The translations under genes were made by a program, and so were the position numbers. A model generated the notes under the pieces. It did not search any database. It worked only from the letters and a program-made list of their open reading frames with translations, and had not been told where the DNA came from. From Candidatus Ozemobacteraceae bacterium (GTDB taxonomy: Bacteria; Muiribacteriota; Ozemobacteria; Ozemobacterales; Ozemobacteraceae), in the NCBI GenBank assembly GCA_965140445.1, contig OZ223236.1, forward strand, positions 4,096,001 through 4,160,000: a stretch of DNA of 64,000 bases. Direction: 5' to 3'. Of the stretch, positions 55,112 to 64,000 are shown piece after piece (the stretch's first letter is position 1; every line of letters starts with the position of its first letter).

Positions 55112-57892
55112 ATGAGCCATAGGTTAATTGAGATTATTTCAATTTTCTTTTTTGCCAATTTAGGATTGAAACTATTTAGATATGGTATGGCGGCAGCCCA
55201 AATAGCTGCAATTCGATTTACCCGTTCCAGCTTCACCCTTGTTGATAAATCTGAAGAGAACTCTTTATACCAGGCGGCATTCTCTGAAGCAGATGAAACC
55301 ATGAGTTCTCTTGGGTTTAACTATTCCTTCTCCTATAGCTTTAAACCAGCAATTGTCCAAGACAAAACCCTTCATTTCGGTCGAATATATAAAAACAATT
55401 CTGACAAAACTTACGCACAACTTTTTGTTTGCGAAGAAAACCAGCCAGACAAAGCATTTTCAACTAATTTTATTACCTTTATCGACTCAGAAAAATCTCT
55501 AAATACTCTCAATCGAATTCTCACTATAAGCCTATCTACACACCCTAATAGAAAATGTGAAGATATGTGCTGTGACAATTTGCCTGAACAATGGCAATTC
55601 CACAAAACCAGAATTGAAAGCCTGGATAAAGAAGCGATCGTAACTTATGACCTCAACCAAGACTTTATTGATCGACTCGAAAAAGATCATGCAAAAGAAC
55701 TTGAATCACATGAGTTGGTAGAAAATCAGGAGGGAGAAAAACAAATCCCAATAAAAAAGGCTTATTCAGCCGGTATAAATATCCTGAAAGGCTATCAGGA
55801 ATTATCAAAAAATTTTGCAAAATGTAACTTTCCGGAAAAGTTACCAACTGGTTATGCAGAAGCTGAATTGATAAGGTTTAATAGATTAAAAACAATTAGC
55901 AATTCCGTAAAAACAAGCTTTTGGCATAAACTGGCTCTCATGATTTTAAGCCTGGGTCTATCAACCATCGCATTTGGCTTGCTCTTCTCATGGAGTTTTA
56001 TGCCAATCTTGATTATGGTTTTATTCTTGCACGAATCTGGTCACATGTTGGCAATGATCATTTTTGGTTACAAAAAAAGACAAATGCTTTTTTTGCCTCC
56101 ATTTGGAGCAGTGGCAATGGGTGAGAAGCCAAACGCAAAATCATGGCAAACGCTTATCGTACTTTTGATGGGGCCAATTCCTGGGCTCATCCTTGCTATT
56201 GGAATTATTTTGGTCTACCCGACAAAGGACTCAAAATTGCTTACAGAAGCAGTTGGGACACTTGCTTTTATTAATTTCCTCAATTTCCTTCCAATCTACC
56301 CGTTAGATGGAGGAAAAATATTTGAATTGCTTTTTTTGACAAGATTTCCAAAAATTAAGTCTATTTTCAGCGGTATCAGTATACTACCATTTGCAATTGC
56401 AGGAATATGGCTAAAAGATACATTTTTAATAATTCTTGCGCTCTTTTTTGCATGGATTTTTATAAAAAAAATCAAAGCTACAAGCCTTAATAAGAAAAAA
56501 ATAGTTCACTCAGACAATGAGCTAGAAAGTAAAATTGCTCCTTTGCATTCAATCATTTTCGAAATCTTAAACACTCCACTACGAAAAGGATTGTTCATGC
56601 ATAGGTTTCAAGCGATAAAGCACAGGCTGGAAGTTTCCACACTAAAACCCCCAGGTTGGATAACCTTTATTACTGGCTCAGCCTTTTACTTTTCAGTTTT
56701 GCTGGGACCTTTTGCCTTGGCAATAATTGGGAATACAATATCCAGCAAGAAATCTAATCGCCCAGCAATCACACGGGACTGGGAAAAAGACTTGTCTGCT
56801 GAATCAAGTGATGAAGGCAAGTTTTATATTCTCCTTGATGCTTTTGATGATTTTTATTATGAACATAATATCCCAGAGTCAGATAAATACAGGCAGAGAG
56901 CAATTGAAAGGGCTTCAAAAATGGCCCCTCCAGAAAAATGGTTAACCAAAGCTTACTGCAGCTTTCTTGAATCTTGTTACAGAGATGAAGATGCTTTAAA
57001 TAGATTAGAATTCTTTGAGAAAGGAATGAAACTTTCTGAAGATTTACCTGATCCTGACCGTGGTATTGCTGTAAGCAAACTCACAACAAACTTTTTTTTC
57101 TCTGTGAATTCACCATCGGACAAACAAATAAAGCAATTAGAAAATGCTATAGGTGTTTGTCGAAAAAGCTTACCTCAAGGACACCCGGCAAGGTATGAAC
57201 TTTACGGGGCTTTTCTGTACCAATTACGCAATGGAAAGTTATATGAAAAAGCAGACTCTTTTATTAAGAGCGTCACCGATGAAATACCAGCAAAAGTAGA
57301 CCTCGATTATGCTGTATACCATAAGTTTGCAGCTTCATATCTGGGAGAGCAGAAAAGAGATTTAGAGGCAATTTCCCTACTAACTAACTTCCTTAAAAAC
57401 TCAGAAACAAATTCAAAAAAATCAAAGGACTACCTTAATTTACCCTTGAATGGGCTTTCCATTGGATCAGTAGAAGATCGCATGAAAATAGAAGAAAGAG
57501 TTAGGGTTTTAAACGATTTGGGGTGGTTTTTTGGACGGACTGGGAATTTATCCAAAGCAAAAATACAATTTGAGCTGTCACACTTACTTGCATCAAAAGT
57601 GAACACTCCTGTTGAGGAGGGGAAACTTAGTAAATCCAAGGAAATCAGCTTAAAATTAAAAATTGCCCCAACAAAAATTCAGTTAGCGTGGATTAACTGG
57701 AAAAATGGTAATCCTCTCTCTGCCATTGAAACTATAAAAGAGATAAAAACAACTTCAGATTCAAATAAATCCTCTCTGTCAGATTTTATTCGACGGCATT
57801 TTTTCTTCAGCAAAGAGCAGACAAATAATATTAATTGTTTTAGACAAAAACAAATATACGAAATGTTAGAAGATCTAGGTTTTAATGGGTAA
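55112..57892 (+). CDS. Site-2 protease (M50) with large N-terminal and TPR-like C-terminal extensions
   Basis: LHESGH, LMGP, NFLPIYPLDGG. Confidence 0.85.
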   Translation: MSHRLIEIISIFFFANLGLKLFRYGMAAAQIAAIRFTRSSFTLVDKSEENSLYQAAFSEADETMSSLGFNYSFSYSFKPAIVQDKTLHFGRIYKNNSDKTYAQLFVCEENQPDKAFSTNFITFIDSEKSLNTLNRILTISLSTHPNRKCEDMCCDNLPEQWQFHKTRIESLDKEAIVTYDLNQDFIDRLEKDHAKELESHELVENQEGEKQIPIKKAYSAGINILKGYQELSKNFAKCNFPEKLPTGYAEAELIRFNRLKTISNSVKTSFWHKLALMILSLGLSTIAFGLLFSWSFMPILIMVLFLHESGHMLAMIIFGYKKRQMLFLPPFGAVAMGEKPNAKSWQTLIVLLMGPIPGLILAIGIILVYPTKDSKLLTEAVGTLAFINFLNFLPIYPLDGGKIFELLFLTRFPKIKSIFSGISILPFAIAGIWLKDTFLIILALFFAWIFIKKIKATSLNKKKIVHSDNELESKIAPLHSIIFEILNTPLRKGLFMHRFQAIKHRLEVSTLKPPGWITFITGSAFYFSVLLGPFALAIIGNTISSKKSNRPAITRDWEKDLSAESSDEGKFYILLDAFDDFYYEHNIPESDKYRQRAIERASKMAPPEKWLTKAYCSFLESCYRDEDALNRLEFFEKGMKLSEDLPDPDRGIAVSKLTTNFFFSVNSPSDKQIKQLENAIGVCRKSLPQGHPARYELYGAFLYQLRNGKLYEKADSFIKSVTDEIPAKVDLDYAVYHKFAASYLGEQKRDLEAISLLTNFLKNSETNSKKSKDYLNLPLNGLSIGSVEDRMKIEERVRVLNDLGWFFGRTGNLSKAKIQFELSHLLASKVNTPVEEGKLSKSKEISLKLKIAPTKIQLAWINWKNGNPLSAIETIKEIKTTSDSNKSSLSDFIRRHFFFSKEQTNNINCFRQKQIYEMLEDLGFNG

Positions 57893-57989
57893 CAATAAAA
57901 AATGCCACCAACAATGACTTTTTCTCCAACTTTTCTAGAGCTACCAAAAAAGGAAAAATAGTTCAATTTTTGACAAATGCATTGCCGGG

Positions 57990-58018
57990 CTGACATCTGC
58001 CATTTTTTCGAGTATGAT
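57990..58018 (+). promoter_or_regulatory. Putative sigma70 promoter for glgX
   Basis: CTGACA-17 nt-TATGAT. Confidence 0.55.
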
Positions 58019-58065
58019 TAGCGAATATTAAATCAAATCAAACTATTTAGACACTGGAGTTGATT

Positions 58066-60213
58066 ATGCACGTAAAACCTGGTTCTCCCTATCCATTAGG
58101 GGCCAATTGGGATGGAAAAGGAGTAAATTTTGCTCTTTACTCCGAAAACGCCCATGGAGTTGAACTCTGCCTCTTTGATGAAGAAATGAGAGAAACTCGA
58201 ATTCATCTTAGACAGCGCACCGCCTTTGTTTGGCACATTTATCTTGAAGGAATTCAACCAGGCCAAAAATACGGTTATAGAGTTCATGGACCATATGAAC
58301 CGGAAAAAGGTTTTAGATTTAATTCTAATGTGGTTTTACTAGATCCTTATGCAAAAGCTCTAAGCGGAACCGAAAACCATGAGCTCGGACTATTTGCCTA
58401 TGACACTTCACACCCTTTAAAGGATCTTGTTCCAAATGCAAAACAAGCTTTGGGAGCACCACTTGGCGTTGTTATTGATTCCAGATTTGACTGGGAAGAT
58501 GATGTTAAGCCGCGCCACCCATTTCATAGAGCAATTATTTATGAAGCCCATGCACGTGGCCTTACAATGCTAAACAAAAGCTTACCCGAGGAAATTCGGG
58601 GGACCTATGCAGGCATTGGTGCGGAACCAACCATTCAGTATTTGAAAGACCTTGGCATAACAACGTTAGAGCTTTTACCGGTTCATCAGCACATTGATGA
58701 CCCGTTTCTTTATGAAAAAAACCTGAAAAACTATTGGGGATATAGCACCCTTTCCTTTTTTGCACCAGAAATTCGCTACAGCTCAGATAAAACACCGGGT
58801 GGAGCAGTAAATGAGTTTAAGCAAATGGTTAAGTCGCTACATAAAGCCGGGATTGAAGTAATTATTGATGTCGTTTACAACCACACAGGTGAAGGGAATC
58901 ATAATGGTCCTTCATTCTGCTTCAAGGGCATTGATAACCCAACCTACTATCGTCTTTCGCATGAAAATCCCAGATACTATGTAGATTTCACCGGAACTGG
59001 CAACACACTTAACGTTTTACACCCACAAACACTTCAGCTTATTATGGACTCTTTACGTTACTGGACTCAGGAAATGCGTATCGATGGCTTCAGATTTGAC
59101 CTTGCCAGCACCCTTGCCCGTGAGATGCACTTCTGGAATCAGCTCTCAAGCTTTTTTACTATTATTCATCAGGACCCGATAATCAGTCAGACGAAGTTGA
59201 TTGCAGAGCCCTGGGACATTGGCGAAGGCGGCTATCAGGTCGGAAACTTCCCTGTTTTGTGGGCTGAATGGAATGGAAAATACCGAGACATCATCAGATC
59301 TTTCTGGAAAGGCGACGGCGGCTGCACAGGAGAAGTTGGTTACAGATTAACTGGAAGCAGTGATCTATATGAAGATGATGGACGCAGACCTCATGCGAGC
59401 GTTAACTTTATTACTGCTCACGACGGTTTTACGCTTAGAGATCTGGTTTCTTATGAACATAAGCATAATCACAACAACCTTGAAGACAACAGGGATGGAC
59501 ACCACGATAATCGCTCCTGGAACTGTGGGCAGGAAGGCGAAACCGATGATCCTCGCATAAAAGCTCTCAGAATTCGCCAAATGAGAAACTTTATGGCTAC
59601 CCTTCTCATATCACAAGGAACTCCGATGATTTGCGGAGGAGATGAAGTAGCAAGAACTCAAAATGGCAATAACAATGCTTATTGCCAGGACAACGAAATA
59701 AGTTGGCAACAGTGGGATTTAACCGAAGAGCAGTTAAAGTTTCTTGAATTTACCAAAAAAGTTATAAAAATTCGCAAAGAGCACCCGGCTCTTCATAGAA
59801 CAAAATTCTTCAAAGGAAGAAAAATTCGCGGAAGTAACATTCGAGACATAATCTGGTTCCGCCCTGATGGACATGAAATGGACGATGAAGACTGGTCACA
59901 TCCACAAACCCGAGGAATAACAATGTTTCTGTCAGGAACAGGGTTAGATGATGTTGATGAAAATGGGATACCAATACAGGATTCTAATTTAATAATCATG
60001 CTAAACGCTTCTTCAATGGACGCCCAGTTCTTCTTTCCAGATTTTGAAGTAGACTGGCAAATGATATTGAATACTGCCAATCCAGATGAAACAGAAACCG
60101 GAAAATCCGGAGAAGCAACTCTGCTTTCCGGGCATTCTCTGAAAATTTTTGTTTATGATGGAGAACTTAAACCGCTTCCACCTCCGCGTGGGCGTAGGTC
60201 AAAAAAGCGTTAA
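58066..60213 (+). CDS. glgX: Glycogen debranching enzyme GlgX (isoamylase, GH13)
   Basis: [54 protein letters not shown]. Confidence 0.98.
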   Translation: MHVKPGSPYPLGANWDGKGVNFALYSENAHGVELCLFDEEMRETRIHLRQRTAFVWHIYLEGIQPGQKYGYRVHGPYEPEKGFRFNSNVVLLDPYAKALSGTENHELGLFAYDTSHPLKDLVPNAKQALGAPLGVVIDSRFDWEDDVKPRHPFHRAIIYEAHARGLTMLNKSLPEEIRGTYAGIGAEPTIQYLKDLGITTLELLPVHQHIDDPFLYEKNLKNYWGYSTLSFFAPEIRYSSDKTPGGAVNEFKQMVKSLHKAGIEVIIDVVYNHTGEGNHNGPSFCFKGIDNPTYYRLSHENPRYYVDFTGTGNTLNVLHPQTLQLIMDSLRYWTQEMRIDGFRFDLASTLAREMHFWNQLSSFFTIIHQDPIISQTKLIAEPWDIGEGGYQVGNFPVLWAEWNGKYRDIIRSFWKGDGGCTGEVGYRLTGSSDLYEDDGRRPHASVNFITAHDGFTLRDLVSYEHKHNHNNLEDNRDGHHDNRSWNCGQEGETDDPRIKALRIRQMRNFMATLLISQGTPMICGGDEVARTQNGNNNAYCQDNEISWQQWDLTEEQLKFLEFTKKVIKIRKEHPALHRTKFFKGRKIRGSNIRDIIWFRPDGHEMDDEDWSHPQTRGITMFLSGTGLDDVDENGIPIQDSNLIIMLNASSMDAQFFFPDFEVDWQMILNTANPDETETGKSGEATLLSGHSLKIFVYDGELKPLPPPRGRRSKKR

Positions 60214-60227
60214 CTAAATTTAGCCAG

Positions 60228-60269
60228 AAAAAAAGGTCGAAGATCAAAGCTTCGACCTTTTCTTTTTTT
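60228..60269 (+). terminator. Intrinsic terminator
   Basis: AAAAGGTCGAAG-loop-CTTCGACCTTTT plus T-tract. Confidence 0.88.
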
Positions 60270-60343
60270 AATTGCTTGCTGGAAAAGGCACAGTCTAAAG
60301 GGTAAGATTGTAGAAGAAGAAAAAAATAAGAGGAGGCTACTGA

Positions 60344-61291
60344 ATGAGCCAGTATTATTTGCTCCTTGGGCCAACTTTAGGTTTTGTCCTGGGGATTTTT
60401 ATGGCCTGGTTTCTTTCCTATTCCAAGATAAAACAACTTGAATTAGATTCTCAAAAAGAGATTAAAGGCTTGAAAGAAGAGCTTAAAGAGCTTTCTGAAG
60501 TAGAAGAAAACTATCAAAGATCAACCACACGTCTGGAAGATAGCCATGCGACAATTGAGCGGTTACAGGGGCAACTAGCGGAAATTGGAACAGAACTAAA
60601 AGCACAGATGGAACAAAGATCCGCATTAGAAGAAAGAATTAAGCGAATTGAAATTTTAGAAAAACATATAGCAGAACTGAAAATAGTTGAAAAAGAAAAA
60701 AATCAGCTGAAAGAAAAAATTTCTGCCCTTGAAAGTGTTAGCTCGGAGTTTAAATCCAACCATGAGGATCTAAAGTCTGAAAAAAAAGAACTACTTAAAG
60801 AAGTTGATGGATTGCGCAAACAAATTTTGGAGTTGCAAAGCAGTGAAAAGAATTCCGCAGTAATTAAAGAAAGAGCTGAAAGGCTCCAGCATGAAAATTC
60901 CAATTTACTAAAAGAAAATGAACAACTGCGCTACATGCAAGATCAGCTTGGGCACCTGGATGAAATTAAGCAGTTATATAGCAAAACTGTAGAAGAAAAC
61001 AATGTGTTAAAAAATCAGGATATTGCGCGGCACTTCATTGAGATCAAAGATGGCCTTGAACAAAGTATCAGGGCTTATAACAGAATGTTAAACATGGTTG
61101 ATAAGCAATCTCTACCAGATAATAGTATAATCGAGATTGAAGCCAGCGAAAAACATTCCACTGGTGAAAAAGAAGTAGAAAACCAATCTTCAGATTCTGA
61201 AAATCAGCGTTCTGAAGAAGAAGTTTTAAGTGAACTTGAAACAGATACAGAAGATTTGAAAAATTTGGATGGAGTAGTTGAGAATGATTAG
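60344..61291 (+). CDS. N-terminally anchored long coiled-coil protein with acidic tail
   Basis: TM helix at about aa 5-25, then a long E/K/L heptad region; SD aggagg. Confidence 0.8.
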   Translation: MSQYYLLLGPTLGFVLGIFMAWFLSYSKIKQLELDSQKEIKGLKEELKELSEVEENYQRSTTRLEDSHATIERLQGQLAEIGTELKAQMEQRSALEERIKRIEILEKHIAELKIVEKEKNQLKEKISALESVSSEFKSNHEDLKSEKKELLKEVDGLRKQILELQSSEKNSAVIKERAERLQHENSNLLKENEQLRYMQDQLGHLDEIKQLYSKTVEENNVLKNQDIARHFIEIKDGLEQSIRAYNRMLNMVDKQSLPDNSIIEIEASEKHSTGEKEVENQSSDSENQRSEEEVLSELETDTEDLKNLDGVVEND

Positions 61292-62885
61292 ACAGACAAA
61301 AGTATTTTTATTTATTTTAGTATTGCTGGTTATTTCCAGTAGCGTTACAGCGGGCCCAATTGAAATTTATTTTGGTCCAAATGGTGGCTTTAATATTCAA
61401 AACAGTAGCCGCACATTTACATTTAGCTCTGGGAAGGTTTACAAAGCCACTCTTGCCAATTCATTTATTTATGAACTGGATCAAACTGAAGTTGGAAGCA
61501 CCATAAAAGTTGCCATGTATAGCATGAGCGATTTCAGAACTCTTGATGCAATGATTAGTGCTGCAAGAGATAAACAAATCCATTTCAAGCTGATTTTAGA
61601 CGGAGCTGCAGCATGGTCAAAATCAAGCAGGGAAAAAATTGTAGAACGGGTAAAAATAGCCGCTGACAAAGCGAAAGCTGAAAATATCCCCTTTGATTTC
61701 AACATTGCAATTGTTACTGCCAAAGCCATGGAAAGAAATGGAAGAACAGCGACACTAGACGATGGCAGAGTAATTTTTGGGACAATGCATGAAAAGTTTG
61801 GAGTATTCTATAAGCCTGGAAATCCAGTGCCTTACACAAGCTTTTGTGGAAGCTCGAATCTATCTACAACATCTGATGAAATTTATGGAGAAAACAGGGT
61901 ATTCCTGCATGATAGACCTGGAGTTGCAAGACAGTTTCAAGAAGAATTTGCTCGCCTCTGGAATGAATACTGTGAAATCGTTCTGGGCGAATATGTTCCA
62001 GAAAAGTTTATTCCTGTAAATGCAGAAGCTGGTGATGTAAAAGTAATCTTTAACTCAGAGCCAGTAGACGAATTAAACCTTACTCGCATCGACAACGAAC
62101 TTCTTAATCTGCTTAGAAAGATTAACAATGAAGGTCGATTAGATCTATCTATGTTCAGTCTCACCAGACCAGAACTGGCTCAGGCCATAGTAAGAGCTGC
62201 TGAAAGATGCCCTGAAGCTCCTTTCAGAATTCTTCTTGATCATGCACAACTGGACGATTCTGACCCCAAAGCAAGCAAGCTTGCTCCATGGATTGAACAA
62301 AGAGTAGCAGAACTCGGCTTAAAAAATGTCCAGATAAGATACAGATTCAGAAGAAATGCTTACGGCTATGATGAGAGAAACAAACGAGTTGATTTGATTT
62401 CTTTCATGAGCCTGTTTTTGCACCATAAAACAGTTATTGTAAACGGAACTGAAATGGGACTTGGCAGTTATAACTGGTCTGGAGCCGCTGAATATTTAAA
62501 TTACGAGAATGTAATGCTTTTTAATGGCCTTTACAATGGTCACCAAAAAGTTATTGATGCATTTATGAGAGAATTTGATACAGTTTGGAATTCACCAACA
62601 CCATATCATATGGTTTCACATCCAAGGATGGGAGAGCCTCAAACTGTAACTGGTGTTGAAGGAAGAAAGCTCCATAAAGAATTGATCAAGTTACTTTCTG
62701 ACAAGGCTAATCTGAAGGTCAAAACCCTATTGGACAGAGAAGCCTTTAAAACATTCGATACACTCAAAACAGAAACAGGATTCTCAACCAGAAAACTTAA
62801 AAGAGTTATCAAAAGCCTTACCAGGGCTGGATTAATTTGCAAGTGGACAAGAGAAGGCCTTGAAGGTTACTCTCAGGCAGATTAA
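61278..62885 (+). CDS. Exported tandem PLD/Nuc-family protein with C-terminal winged-helix-like tail
   Basis: Signal peptide; MHEKFGV...GSSN and LHHKTVIVN...GSYNWS...NYEN. Start is TTG 61278 or ATG 61284. Confidence 0.85.
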   Translation: MRMIRQTKVFLFILVLLVISSSVTAGPIEIYFGPNGGFNIQNSSRTFTFSSGKVYKATLANSFIYELDQTEVGSTIKVAMYSMSDFRTLDAMISAARDKQIHFKLILDGAAAWSKSSREKIVERVKIAADKAKAENIPFDFNIAIVTAKAMERNGRTATLDDGRVIFGTMHEKFGVFYKPGNPVPYTSFCGSSNLSTTSDEIYGENRVFLHDRPGVARQFQEEFARLWNEYCEIVLGEYVPEKFIPVNAEAGDVKVIFNSEPVDELNLTRIDNELLNLLRKINNEGRLDLSMFSLTRPELAQAIVRAAERCPEAPFRILLDHAQLDDSDPKASKLAPWIEQRVAELGLKNVQIRYRFRRNAYGYDERNKRVDLISFMSLFLHHKTVIVNGTEMGLGSYNWSGAAEYLNYENVMLFNGLYNGHQKVIDAFMREFDTVWNSPTPYHMVSHPRMGEPQTVTGVEGRKLHKELIKLLSDKANLKVKTLLDREAFKTFDTLKTETGFSTRKLKRVIKSLTRAGLICKWTREGLEGYSQAD

Positions 62886-62891
62886 GCAAAT

Positions 62892-62940
62892 AAAAAAAGC
62901 CCCGAATGCTTTAAAAGCATTCGGGGCTTTTTATTTATTT
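62892..62940. terminator. Bidirectional intrinsic terminator
   Basis: A-tract, GCCCCGAATGCTTT-loop-AAAGCATTCGGGGC, T-tract. Confidence 0.92.
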
Positions 62941-62954
62941 AAATTGCTTCCAAA

Positions 62955-63488
62955 TCAGCCTTCCGAGAAATTTTCCGGAGTTTGGCCGGCAAACACACCG
63001 CTGTATTGTCCAGGGCTTTCACATCTCTGGAAAATAAACTGGCAAATTGGTGTGCCAGGAATAAGATTCAAAGAAATTGGACCAAAGTTGGAAATTTCAA
63101 GAACCTGATGGTTACATATCCCTGGTTGCATGAATGAGGCAGAAATATGCACAAGCAATCCTACCCGTGCAAATCTACTTCTTCCCTCAAGCCAACCAGA
63201 AAGGCCTTTTCCAAGGCTAACTTTTTCCTGAGTAATACCTAATACAGTCTGCCCAGGTTTTATAGTAAGTGTTCCGCCTTCAGGAACGCGAATTCCCTTT
63301 GTTGCGGCTTTGAAATCCATATCATCAGTTAGATCCAGTTCGGTAGGAAGATGCACAAAAACCCTGAAAGCATTTGAGAGATGTAAATCCACACTTGCTG
63401 GTCCGAGAGTTTTTTCATTGAATGGTTCAATCTTAATATTCCCATTCTTCATTTCCTCAAGAATGGCTGCTCTGCCAAGAATACTCAT
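62955..63488 (-). CDS. dcd: dCTP deaminase
   Basis: PASVDLHL, EGRSRFARVGL, VLEISN, ICQFIF. Start ATG 63488 after ggagg. Confidence 0.9.
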   Translation of the reverse strand: MSILGRAAILEEMKNGNIKIEPFNEKTLGPASVDLHLSNAFRVFVHLPTELDLTDDMDFKAATKGIRVPEGGTLTIKPGQTVLGITQEKVSLGKGLSGWLEGRSRFARVGLLVHISASFMQPGICNHQVLEISNFGPISLNLIPGTPICQFIFQRCESPGQYSGVFAGQTPENFSEG

Positions 63489-63575
63489 TTTTTCCTCCAT
63501 CTAATGCTGTAAAAAATGCTTTTGGAGATTATAACACCAAATTAAAATAACAGGTAGATTTTGAAGCCTAAAAAC

Positions 63576-63601
63576 AAAAAAGCCCCTTTTAGGGCTTTTT
63601 T
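63576..63601 (-). terminator. Probable terminator
   Basis: AAAAAAGCCC-loop-GGGCTTTTTT. Confidence 0.6.
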
Positions 63602-63626
63602 GATTCTACCAAATTTGAACGGTGGC

Positions 63627-64000
63627 TTATTTGCCAATTCTTTTTGCTTCAAGATCCGTGTAAAAATTACTTCTGGAAATTGTAGGCAAAGGTTCTGAAA
63701 TGAATCCCTTTTTCTTAATTTGCTTGGCAACAGAAAGAGGCATAGTCGCTTTTAAGTTATAAAGCATGCTTGGGATTTTCCAGAGTTTAAACTGTTTTTC
63801 TTTTGGAGTAACACGATTAAGCAAAATGAGAAGGTTATTGGTACAATTATTTCTAATGGTATGATAATACTCACCTTTTCGATTCACACAAGCCTGTCTA
63901 ACTGTTTCAGTCAATAGTTTCTTTGTCTGTTCCTGAGTTAGATTCATTGGATAGGCCATTATTTCGGTGTCTGAACTCTTGTTAAAATTAACATTAAGAT
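63627..64000 (-). CDS. DUF4105/Lnb-N-like protein, 5' end beyond the window
   Basis: Frame is open to the window edge; YPMNLT...EYYHTIRNNCTNNL motif. Confidence 0.7.
   Translation of the reverse strand, partial: LNVNFNKSSDTEIMAYPMNLTQEQTKKLLTETVRQACVNRKGEYYHTIRNNCTNNLLILLNRVTPKEKQFKLWKIPSMLYNLKATMPLSVAKQIKKKGFISEPLPTISRSNFYTDLEAKRIGK

Noticed and set aside
61278..62885. PLD as DISARM DrmC or cardiolipin synthase
   Set aside because: No helicase or methylase neighbours; it has a signal peptide and Nuc-like motifs rather than the Cls architecture.
62955..63488. dCTP deaminase as an anti-phage nucleotide-depletion system with the PLD
   Set aside because: It is the housekeeping trimeric dUTPase-fold Dcd, not the kinase-fused CDA-fold defence type, and it is convergent with the PLD across a terminator.

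Overview
AT-rich bacterial chromosomal segment, densely coding. I saw no rRNA, tRNA, CRISPR array, transposase or prophage. Positions 1-15 kb hold the end of a Firmicutes/Thermotogae/spirochaete-style flagellar and chemotaxis operon (fliY-cheY-fliO-fliP-fliQ-fliR-flhB-flhA-[flhG-like]-flhG-flhF-cheA-[Hpt-P2-CheW]). Positions 15-28 kb are mostly housekeeping (yqgF, alaS, two pseudopilin-like genes, ruvC, a cold-shock protein, lysS). Positions 28-64 kb are mixed accessory and metabolic genes with many exported peptidases, plus trxB, an adenylate cyclase, an ABC exporter pair, a UDG-like enzyme, sixA, ppiC, mscS, glgX, a PLD-family protein and dcd. Four observations stand out. (1) An apparently split FlhG system: an ATPase-dead FlhG paralogue carries the DQAxxLR FlhF-activator motif, while the adjacent ATPase-competent FlhG lacks it. 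(2) A CheW adaptor is fused to a duplicated CheA P1-P2 phosphotransfer arm. (3) A secreted C39 peptidase is fused, via a double-glycine-like site, to a cationic 90-aa bacteriocin-like tail and is followed by a small membrane protein. (4) An exported tandem-PLD protein with a C-terminal winged-helix-like tail is coupled to a membrane-anchored coiled-coil protein. All family calls come from motif recognition by eye; no database searches were run.
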